64,000 nucleotides of DNA from Longimicrobiales bacterium (lineage in GTDB: Bacteria; Gemmatimonadota; Gemmatimonadetes; Longimicrobiales; Gaopeijiaceae), in NCBI GenBank assembly GCA_965202985.1, contig CBDBCF010000001.1, positions 1,728,001-1,792,000 on the forward strand, in the 5' to 3' direction. Shown in pieces: positions 56,547-64,000 of the stretch. The number at the start of each line of letters is the position of its first letter. Position 1 is the first letter of the stretch. Made by a program: the position numbers and the translations under genes. Below the pieces are notes generated by a model, which had not been told where the DNA came from, did no database searches, and worked only from the letters and a program-made list of their open reading frames with translations.

Positions 56547-58075
56547 CAGCCCGTGGATAAAGTCCTTCCGGGCGGCGTTGGGGATAGGGGTTAGATTGGA
56601 GGGAGGCGACGATTCCCTGGAAGGAGGACGGCGATGGCGTTGGGCAAGCGTCCGAGCGTGCGCCAGGAGGCGCTGTTCGTGGCGACCAGCGAGATCAGCG
56701 TGACCGAGCATCCGTTCTACCGCGCGCTGGACAAGCTGTTGCGGGAGGACGGGTTCGACGAGTTCGCGGAGGAGGTGTGCGCCGAGTTCTACGCGGGCAA
56801 CGTGGGTCGGCCGGGAGTTCCTCCGAGTGTGTACTTCCGGGCGCTGATGGTGGGGTACTTGGAGGGCATCTCGTCGGAGCGGGGCATCGCCTGGCGGTGC
56901 AGGGACTCGTTTTCGGTGCGGGCGTTCCTGGGGTACGAGCTGACGAGGAACCCGCCGGACCATTCGAGCCTGTCGAAGACGCGCAAGCGGCTGAGCGTGG
57001 AGGCGCACGTCGCGGTGTTCGCGCGCGTGCTGCGGCTGGTGGACGACTCGGGGCTGCTGGGGGGCGGGACGCTGGGGGTGGACTCGACGACTTTGGAGGC
57101 GAACGCGGCGATGCGCTCGATCGTGCGTCGGGACGCGGGCACGGGCTACGAGGCGTGGCTGCGGGAGCTGGCGCGGGCGTCGGGGATCGAGACGCCGACG
57201 CGCGCGGAGTTGGCGAAGCTGGACCGGAGGCGTCCGAAGAAGGGGTCGAACGCGGAGTGGGTGCATCCGGGGGACCCGGAGGCGCGGATCACGAAGATGA
57301 AGGACGGGCGCACGCGGCTTGGTCACAAGCTGGAGCAGGCGGTGGACCTGGAGTCGGGCGCGGTGGTGGGCGTGACGGTGCAGACGACGGACGGGGGCGA
57401 CGCGGCGTCGCTGCCGGAGACGCTGGACGAGGCGGAGCGGCGGCTGGCGGAGCTGGGTGCTGGGGCGGCGGAAGTGGTGTGCGACAAGGGCTATCACTCG
57501 AACAGGACGATGACGGAGTTGGAGGACCGCGGGCTGCGCGGCTACGTGAGCGAGCCCGAGCGCGGTCGGCGGAGCTGGAAGCAGAACAAGGAAGCCCAGA
57601 AGCCGGTCTACGCGAACCGGCGGCGGATTCGGGGCGAGCGCGGCAAGGCGCTGCTGAGGATGCGGGGCGAGAAGCTCGAGCGCTCGTTCGCGCACCTGCT
57701 GGAGACGGGCGGGCTTCGCCGCGTGCACGTTCGCGGCCACGAGGACATCCGCAAGCGGATGCTGATTCACGTCGCCGCCTTCAACCTCGGACTGCTCATG
57801 CGAAGACGCTTCGGCGTCGGCACGCCTCGGGGCCTGCAGGGCCGCCCCGCCGCAGCGCAAGCTGTGCTCGATTCCTGCGCGACGGGTGCCACATCCCGCG
57901 TTTTGCGCCGATTTTGCCGCCCATTGGCCGCTCCCGGGCCGCTCGAGCGCCTCCTGGGGCCGCTTCGAGCCCAATTCCGCGAATTCCGCGCGTTCGCGCC
58001 GTCGAGAGCCCGGTAAACGCCCGTGTCCCGCCAAGTTCCGTCGCGCACGCGCCAAACCCGTTTATCCACGGGCTG
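56547..58075 (+). mobile_element. Complete IS1182-like insertion sequence (1529 bp)
   Basis: Perfect 15-bp IRs CAGCCCGTGGATAAA / TTTATCCACGGGCTG, flanked by CTAG duplications at 56543-56546 and 58076-58079. Confidence 0.92.
56634..58016 (+). CDS. DDE transposase (IS1182/IS5-related)
   Basis: GRPGVPP..ISSERGI, PPDHSSLS, GVDSTTLEANAA, DPEARI, CDKGY, ERSFAH; AGGAGG RBS. Confidence 0.9.
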   Translation: MALGKRPSVRQEALFVATSEISVTEHPFYRALDKLLREDGFDEFAEEVCAEFYAGNVGRPGVPPSVYFRALMVGYLEGISSERGIAWRCRDSFSVRAFLGYELTRNPPDHSSLSKTRKRLSVEAHVAVFARVLRLVDDSGLLGGGTLGVDSTTLEANAAMRSIVRRDAGTGYEAWLRELARASGIETPTRAELAKLDRRRPKKGSNAEWVHPGDPEARITKMKDGRTRLGHKLEQAVDLESGAVVGVTVQTTDGGDAASLPETLDEAERRLAELGAGAAEVVCDKGYHSNRTMTELEDRGLRGYVSEPERGRRSWKQNKEAQKPVYANRRRIRGERGKALLRMRGEKLERSFAHLLETGGLRRVHVRGHEDIRKRMLIHVAAFNLGLLMRRRFGVGTPRGLQGRPAAAQAVLDSCATGATSRVLRRFCRPLAAPGPLERLLGPLRAQFREFRAFAPSRAR

Positions 58076-58484
58076 CTAGTGAATCGTGCGGTGACGGAAG
58101 GATACGCCCCCGACTTGTCCGACGAGGAGCTCGAAAAGGTGGGGCGAGATCCGTTCCTGATCGCTTATGCACTTCGAAAACGTCGCTTTTCACTGTATCG
58201 TCACAACCGAGACATCCCGGCCGAACAAGGAGCGTGCAAACCGAAAGCTACCTGACGTAGCAGCTCACTTCGGAATTCGTACTTGCGATACTTTCGCACT
58301 AGTGCGGGAACTGGATTTCACGACCGAACGGTACCAGGGCCATGTGGACGGCCCGCTGTTCTCGACCTAGCCGCGTGTCAGTCGTTTGCCTGGCGTCTTC
58401 TTCCACGGGTACAAGTCCGGGATAAAGAAGCTAGCGCGCCGCCACCGGACGACGAGGACGGCCCGCCGCCGCCGTCGGCCATCG

Positions 58485-60140
58485 TCAGTTCGCAACGACG
58501 ACCGCCGCTTCCGCGACCGTGATCGCCGAGGCAGCGGCCATTTCGCGGTAGTAGCGGACGAAGCGGCGAGTCTCGAAGGCGTCGTACGAGGCCAGGTTCT
58601 CGGCCCAGCGGTAGCCGATCGGCTGGAAGCGAAGGCGGGCGGCGACGGTGAAGGGTCCGCCGGCGCGCCCCACGTCCACGGAGTAGCGGACCCGGTCGCC
58701 GCCGGGACCGAAGTCGTCGTCGGAACGGGCCGCGCCCCGAACGGCCGCCCTCTCCCCGGCAACCCCTGCGTCGAAGCCCTCGGGGAGCAGCCGGTTGTCC
58801 TTGGCCCATGCCTCCGCGGACATCAAGCCCGTCGTGACCTGCCCGGCGCGGTCGATCATCACCGACTGGTAGACCTGCACTTGGTCCGGCGAACGGATCA
58901 CGACGTGGTGCGGCTCGTAGGCGGAGCTGTCGCGGTCGTGGTCGTCGCCCTCGATGCTGCCGTCCGCGGCGATCGCCCCCGACTCCAAGACCGTCCTGCC
59001 GTCGGCGCCGGTCACGACGACGTGAAGCCAAGCGCGCCGAGACGGGTAGCCCGTGGGGAACTTGTGGCCGGCGTGGTTGCGCACTTTCACGTCGAAAACC
59101 AGCCGCGCGTCCCGTCCCTCGCCGGCCTGCACTTGCGCGCCGGTCACGGTCACGCTTGCGGTGGCGCTTCTCAGGTGGTCCTCGGTGCGAAGCGCGGACA
59201 GCTCCATCTCGGCGGGAAGGGCCGCGGTGCCCAGCTCGTCGCGATAGCGGTCCAGCATCCGAAGCATGAAGAAGTTGCCGCCCCTGAAGACGTGGCGAGA
59301 GACCTCGGGCCGTGCGCGTCCCAGCACCATCGTCACAGGCAAGTCCTCCTCCACTTCGGGCATGTGGCAGTCTTGGCAGCTCTGCCGTCCGGCGAAGGCG
59401 CTCGCCTGCCACTCCAAGTAGGGGACCTGCTCTGGGAACTCGGGGCCCGCTTCGCCGTCCGGGCGAACGGCGTGGGTGAAGAGGGTGTGGCACGTCGCGC
59501 ACAGCTTTGACGACTGGACGTGCTCGCCTTCCCGGGGGCGAAAGCCCGTGGCCGAGTGCATGATCCCGGCCCCGCCCGAGTCGGGTTCGAAGGGACCGTA
59601 GACCGGCATTCCCTCCGGCGGCGCCGACAGGTCGACGACGAAGCCGCCCGAGAAGCTCTCCTCTGCACCGAAGTTGTCGGGCCTCACGCGGTGGCAGACG
59701 GTGCACGACACGCCGTCGGCGGCCAGCCTGGCCATCTCGCCGTCGCTTCCCGCGGGCAGGTGGGCGAAGACTTGGCCCGCGCCGCCCCGGCGCTCGGTCG
59801 CGACGCTCGCCATCGGCATGTGGCAGCGCGAGCACTCGGCCTCGATCCGCGCCGTCGCCTCCGGGTAGTCCATGACCTCGCGCCGTACGGCCGCCTGCCA
59901 GTAGGGGTCGCGGGCGCTGTTGGCCATCATCGACGCGCGCCAGTCGTGGCCGATCGACGCCCCGACGCCGTCGCTCGTGGTCACGCCCTGGTGGCAGGCG
60001 ATGCACCGGTCGGCGGTGGCGAACGGCTCGGCGTCCTGGGCGGCGGCGCGGGCGAGCATGAAGGGGCCGGGCAACACCAGAAGGCAGCCCCCGGCCAACG
60101 CCAAGCCGGCGAATCGGACACGCGCGTGTCGGGTCGCCAC
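58485..60140 (-). CDS. Multiheme c-type cytochrome (5 CxxCH)
   Basis: CIACH, CSRCH, CTVCH, CATCH, CQDCH; SMMANSARDPYW; GHKFPTGYPSRR; signal peptide. Confidence 0.88.
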   Translation of the reverse strand: MATRHARVRFAGLALAGGCLLVLPGPFMLARAAAQDAEPFATADRCIACHQGVTTSDGVGASIGHDWRASMMANSARDPYWQAAVRREVMDYPEATARIEAECSRCHMPMASVATERRGGAGQVFAHLPAGSDGEMARLAADGVSCTVCHRVRPDNFGAEESFSGGFVVDLSAPPEGMPVYGPFEPDSGGAGIMHSATGFRPREGEHVQSSKLCATCHTLFTHAVRPDGEAGPEFPEQVPYLEWQASAFAGRQSCQDCHMPEVEEDLPVTMVLGRARPEVSRHVFRGGNFFMLRMLDRYRDELGTAALPAEMELSALRTEDHLRSATASVTVTGAQVQAGEGRDARLVFDVKVRNHAGHKFPTGYPSRRAWLHVVVTGADGRTVLESGAIAADGSIEGDDHDRDSSAYEPHHVVIRSPDQVQVYQSVMIDRAGQVTTGLMSAEAWAKDNRLLPEGFDAGVAGERAAVRGAARSDDDFGPGGDRVRYSVDVGRAGGPFTVAARLRFQPIGYRWAENLASYDAFETRRFVRYYREMAAASAITVAEAAVVVAN

Positions 60141-60141
60141 C

Positions 60142-61356
60142 CTACCAGCCCTCCCAGAAGCCGCCGTCGAACCAGTCCAGGAGCACGTAGCTCACCAGGC
60201 GCGTCCCGCGTCCTCGCCGGTCCGACACCGGGACCAGCACGCCCACGTTGGCCAGCACGTGTTGGCGCGTGTTCAGGGCGATCTGCATCTGCGGCACCAA
60301 GTCGGCGTAGACCTCCGCGTCGTCGGAGCCCAGGGCGCGGTTGGCCACGAACTCCACCATCGGCGTCCAGGACCGACCCCACGCGCCGCTGGCGAAGCCG
60401 CGCCCAAGGACCAGTCGGCCGTAGGCGCGCACCTCCCCGCCGTCGTGAAGCGGCACTCGCGCCCCGGTCTGTCCCTGCAGGAACGAGTCCTCGCCCAGAA
60501 GCTGCCCGAAGTGCAGGAAGCCGCCCAGCGACGCGCCCCGTGGTTCCGTCGCGTCCGGGTCCGCGCTGGCGGGGAAGTGCACGTCGCCCGACACTGAGAC
60601 GATCGAGCCCGACTCGATGCTGTGAAAGAAGGCGTGCTTGACGGCGATCTCCACCTCGCCCAGCCTCGCCCGCCCGCCTTCGCCGCCCTCTCCGCGCTCC
60701 CACTCGTACGGAATCGCGACTTCCCACTGGCTTCTGGGCCCGAACCGCTGCTCGTAGACGAACTCCGCGCCGCCCCGTCCGCTCCCGTCGACGGGCAAGC
60801 TGGCCGAGACCACCCATTCGTCCTCCGGGTACGCCTTCTCGGTGATCAGCGGGCGGGGCAGGTTGAGCTCGCCTCGGGGCCAAGCCGCGTCGGTGCACAT
60901 CGTGCGGATGTAGTCCATGACCCGCTGCAGCTGCTCCGGCGACAGTGCGCCCCGGAACGCCGGCATCATCTCGCTGAACCCCCGCACCGGCCCGCCTTCG
61001 TGGGCCACGGCGACCCAGTCGGCGTTGGGCTCCCTGGCGGCGAAGTCGCAGTCGGTGAAGTCCGGGACCTCTTCCTCGAAGGCGAGAAGGGCCGGGTCGG
61101 TTCCGCGTCCGTCGGCCCCGTGACAGTTTGCGCACGACGCTTGGTAGATGACCTCTCCCGTGGCGGACGCCAGGTCGTCGGGCGGCTGGGCTGCGAGCGC
61201 CGGGGACGACAGGGCGATGGCCAAGGCCAGAAGGGACAGCCCGCGCGCTCGGGAGCCGAGCGTCCGGCGGCCGAGCAGAGGTCGAGGTCGAACGATGGCG
61301 GCCGTCGCGGGAGGGAGTCCCTGGGCTGGATTCGGATTCGAGCGGATCAAGGCCAT
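60142..61356 (-). CDS. Monoheme cytochrome c fused to a predicted outer-membrane beta-barrel
   Basis: CANCH plus distal MPAF, followed by alternating beta-strand sequence ending LLDWFDGGFWEGW; 1 nt gap to the multiheme gene. Confidence 0.75.
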   Translation of the reverse strand: MALIRSNPNPAQGLPPATAAIVRPRPLLGRRTLGSRARGLSLLALAIALSSPALAAQPPDDLASATGEVIYQASCANCHGADGRGTDPALLAFEEEVPDFTDCDFAAREPNADWVAVAHEGGPVRGFSEMMPAFRGALSPEQLQRVMDYIRTMCTDAAWPRGELNLPRPLITEKAYPEDEWVVSASLPVDGSGRGGAEFVYEQRFGPRSQWEVAIPYEWERGEGGEGGRARLGEVEIAVKHAFFHSIESGSIVSVSGDVHFPASADPDATEPRGASLGGFLHFGQLLGEDSFLQGQTGARVPLHDGGEVRAYGRLVLGRGFASGAWGRSWTPMVEFVANRALGSDDAEVYADLVPQMQIALNTRQHVLANVGVLVPVSDRRGRGTRLVSYVLLDWFDGGFWEGW

Positions 61357-61491
61357 CGGTGGGTTGCTTGGCGTCCTTCGTGGGCGTGTCCAGGGGGCTC
61401 CGAGGGGCAACGTAGACCCCGGTCCGTGGTCCGTGAAAGTCTGTCCCATCCAGCTATGGAGTGTCCCAAAACGGATCGCAAATTGGCCCGC

Positions 61492-62020
61492 ATGGACCAC
61501 GACCTCTCGTACCGCGACCTATTCGCCTTCGTTCGGATGATGGAGCTGGCGGCCAAGCTGGACCTCGCCTCCCTGGCGCGGGTCGAAAACGTCTTCGTCT
61601 CCGACAGCGGCCGGCGCCGTGCGACCGACGTGGTGTGGCGGGCCCGCCTGAAAGCGGACCCCAACGTGTGGGTACTGATTCCCTTCGACTTCTAGTCCAC
61701 CGTGGACCCTGGCATGCATCGTCGGGCGGACACCTACGCCGCCCTGTTGCGCGAGGAGGCGGCCCGGCAACCGTGGGGCAAGCGCCCGAATCGAGTGCTG
61801 GTGGCGCCGGTGGTGGTCTACAACGGCCCGCTGGCTGGCGACACAGACGTCGGCCCCGGCCTGGACCGGCGAGCAGTCCGAGCGGGTGGTCAGCTATCAC
61901 TTGGTTGACGTAGGTCCCCACGGTCGGTACGATCCGAAGTGGCGAGGCCCGGCCGCGGCGCTGAGCCACTTCGAGCGGGCGCGGACACTCGTCGAGGACC
62001 TGCCGAAGCCCGGCGATCCG
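61492..62020 (+). pseudogene. Rpn/YhgA-like (transposase_31, PD-(D/E)XK) nuclease remnant
   Basis: HDLSYRDLF, FVSDSGRRRATDVVWRAR, DF*STVDPGM (TAG 61693-61695 where EFQS is expected), PVVVYNG; further frameshift and deletions. Confidence 0.7.
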
Positions 62021-62280
62021 GATCTCACTTCGCCAAGTTGGCGGGGCTCTACGCCCTGTACGTTGCCTGGGCGTTCTTGCACGACTACCCGGCGTCCGTG
62101 TCGTACTTGCATCGTGTCGCCTTGCTGTTCGGCGGGGCTTCGTTCGCGCTGGCGCTGCTGGTCGCTCCCGTCGCGTTCGCCGCGGCCGTCAACCACTTCG
62201 GTTTCTTCGGCGAGCGGGCGATCGAGACCCGAAAGCGCGAACGGACGCGGCTAGCCTTGCTGGGGCTGGCGGCCCACGCC
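62020..62280 (+). pseudogene. Fragment of a membrane protein
   Basis: Hydrophobic GLYALYVAWAFL..LLFGGASFALALLVAPVAFAAAV with no start of its own; runs into the convergent dipeptidase. Confidence 0.35.
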
Positions 62281-63639
62281 CGCCAGCTCGTCGTACAGAT
62301 GGATCACCGTCTCGATTCCCTTCTCGAAGCAGTCGGTGGCGAACCACTCGTTGGGCGCGTGCATGTTGGCTCCGGGCAGGGCGAACCCGAGCAGCAGGGT
62401 TTCGGCGCCCAGGATCTCTTCCAGTTCGACCACGATGGGAATGCTGCCGCCTTCGCCGACCAGCACCGGACGGACGCCGAACGAGCGCTCCAGGGCGCGC
62501 GACGCGGCGTCGAACACGGGACCGCTCAACGAAGCCCGCCAGGGCCGGCCGCCGTGAAGCTCCACTAGGCGGAGTTCGATCCCCGGCGGTGCGACCCGTT
62601 CCAAGTGGGTCTCCAGCAGCTGCCGGACCCGGCCGGGCGTCTGGTCGGGCACCAACCGGAAGCTGACCTTCGCCACGGCCCGGGCCGGAAGCACGGTCTT
62701 GGCGCCTTCGCCCGTGTAGCCCGAGAGCAGGCCGTTCACGTCGCAACAGGGCCGCGTCCAGAGGCGCTCGAGGGGCGAGCAGTCCGCCTCGCCGCCGACC
62801 GGTGCCGTGCCCGCCTCCTTGGCGTACTCGTCCGCGTCGAAGGGAAGCGCCCGCATCCCCTCCAAGATCCCCGGCGGGGGCTCCGCCATGTCGTCGTAGA
62901 AACCGTCCACCGCGATTTGCCCGGCCTGGTCGTGAAGGCCGGCCAGCACGCGGGCCAGGGCGTTGGCCGGGTTCGGCACCGCACCCCCGTAGGCGCCCGA
63001 ATGCAGGTCCGACGACGGCCCCGAGGCGTGGATCTCGAAGTAGGCCAAGCCGCGCAGCGAGAACAGGAGCGACGGCTGCCCCGGCGCGAACATGGCCGAG
63101 TCGGAGATCACCACCACGTCGGCCTGCAGCTGCTCCCGGCGCTCGCGGACGAAGGGCGTCAGGTTCGGCGAGCCCACTTCCTCTTCGCCCTCCGCCAGCA
63201 CCACCACGTTGACGGGCAGGCGGCCCCGGGCGGCCAAGTGGGACTCCAGCGCTTTGAGGTGGACGAACAGCTGCCCCTTGTCGTCGGCGGCGCCTCGGGC
63301 GTAGATGCGGCCGTCCCGGATGTCCGGCTCGAACGGCGGCGACTGCCACAGGTCCAAGGGCTCCGGCGGCTGCACATCGTAGTGGCCGTACACCAGCACG
63401 GTCGGCGCGTCGGGTCCCGCGCCTCGCCACTCCCCCAGCACCACCGGGTGCCCCGCCGTGTCCTTCACTGCGGCGTCCAGGCCCGCCCCGGCCAGCTGAT
63501 CGCGGACCCAGCGAGCGGCGCGCCGCACGTCGCCGTCGTGTTCGGTCTTGGCGGACACCGACGGGATGCGCAGGAACTCGCGAAGCTCGTCGTAGAAGCG
63601 GGGCCGGTGCTCGCGGGCGAAGTCGACCGGACCCGTCAA
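62251..63639 (-). CDS. M20/M25/M40 family dipeptidase
   Basis: YGHYDVQP, RGAADDKG, EGEEEVGS, DLHSG.YGG, GGSIP, HAPNE. Confidence 0.92.
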   Translation of the reverse strand: MTGPVDFAREHRPRFYDELREFLRIPSVSAKTEHDGDVRRAARWVRDQLAGAGLDAAVKDTAGHPVVLGEWRGAGPDAPTVLVYGHYDVQPPEPLDLWQSPPFEPDIRDGRIYARGAADDKGQLFVHLKALESHLAARGRLPVNVVVLAEGEEEVGSPNLTPFVRERREQLQADVVVISDSAMFAPGQPSLLFSLRGLAYFEIHASGPSSDLHSGAYGGAVPNPANALARVLAGLHDQAGQIAVDGFYDDMAEPPPGILEGMRALPFDADEYAKEAGTAPVGGEADCSPLERLWTRPCCDVNGLLSGYTGEGAKTVLPARAVAKVSFRLVPDQTPGRVRQLLETHLERVAPPGIELRLVELHGGRPWRASLSGPVFDAASRALERSFGVRPVLVGEGGSIPIVVELEEILGAETLLLGFALPGANMHAPNEWFATDCFEKGIETVIHLYDELAGVGRQPQQG

Positions 63640-63914
63640 GTCAGGCCCTTTACTCCCCAGCGGTAGACCCAGGTCATGAGGGCCGCGAAGAACAGCGCGC
63701 CGCCCATGCCGCCGGCGCTCAACGCAACCGGGTCGTCGAACTCGAAGATGCCCACGCCCAGCATTCCGCCGATGGCCGCGGCGAACGCCCCCAACACGGC
63801 CAGAAGCACCGAGTGCCCCGGGGTTTCGTCCGGGTGCTTGACCACGACCTTCATGGAGAGGCCCACGGCTCCTCCCATCACGATCCAGATTGCGGCGCCG
63901 ATCCAGTTTTCCAT
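63636..63914 (-). CDS. Small membrane protein (GlsB/YeaQ/YmgE-like)
   Basis: Three TM segments, LGAFAAAIGGMLG; stop overlaps the dipeptidase start. Confidence 0.6.
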   Translation of the reverse strand: MENWIGAAIWIVMGGAVGLSMKVVVKHPDETPGHSVLLAVLGAFAAAIGGMLGVGIFEFDDPVALSAGGMGGALFFAALMTWVYRWGVKGLT

Positions 63915-63923
63915 GTCGTCAAT

Positions 63924-64000
63924 CTACTTCCTTCCCATGCGCCGTTTCAACTCGTCCAACTGGGCGTCCACGGCCTCGGCGCGACGCGACGCCAGCAGTT
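63924..64000 (-). CDS. 3' end of a coiled-coil protein (PspA-like tail), partial
   Basis: ..LLASRRAEAVDAQLDELKRRMGRK* runs off the window edge. Confidence 0.45.
   Translation of the reverse strand, partial: LLASRRAEAVDAQLDELKRRMGRK

Larger units (their letters stand above)
56303..58370 (+). pseudogene. DUF4411 (PIN-like) protein interrupted by IS1182-like element and frameshifted
   Basis: LYLLDANVLI..YYPMDRVPEFWKWL; removing the IS and one CTAG gives ..ADRHL|VNRAV..DPFLIAYAL; one extra A at about 58177-58180 shifts to CIVTTE..KLPDVAAHFGI. Confidence 0.82.

Noticed and set aside
1..64000. tRNA, rRNA, integrase/att sites and rho-independent terminators
   Set aside because: None recognised by eye; tRNAscan-SE, Infernal and a terminator predictor would be needed to exclude them.

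Overview
GC-rich bacterial window; the gene families (Zn-ribbon hypothetical paralogues, lipoproteins, arylsulfotransferase, 6-bladed beta-propeller, many exported hydrolases) suggest a Gemmatimonadota-like genome, possibly host-associated (inference only). The backbone consists of exported enzymes (MBL-fold, dienelactone hydrolase, creatininase-like, cyclase, PQQ dehydrogenases, M1/M14/M20 peptidases), a CcdA-TlpA thiol-redox module with a convergent selenocysteine peroxiredoxin (in-frame UGA plus SECIS-like hairpin), accA, ricT and c-type cytochromes. Mixed into it is a large amount of intact and decayed defence and mobile DNA. A defence island at about 16.2-28.6 kb holds AlbA-HTH, a truncated OLD-like ATPase, an IS5 remnant, an intact type II R-M pair, a Fic protein and a tightly coupled four-gene minus-strand operon. 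That operon, the best candidate for an undescribed system, encodes a PAPS-reductase/DndC-fold Cys-rich enzyme, a GHKL ATPase and two unknown proteins. Its first gene has no in-frame start codon unless a 17-nt G/C homopolymer changes length by one base (possible phase variation). Also present are an intact IS1182-like element in a DUF4411 gene, IS1380 remnants, nested segmental duplications (33-42 kb) and several pseudogenes. No rRNA, tRNA, CRISPR array or reverse transcriptase was seen. All family assignments come from motif recognition by eye, not from database searches.
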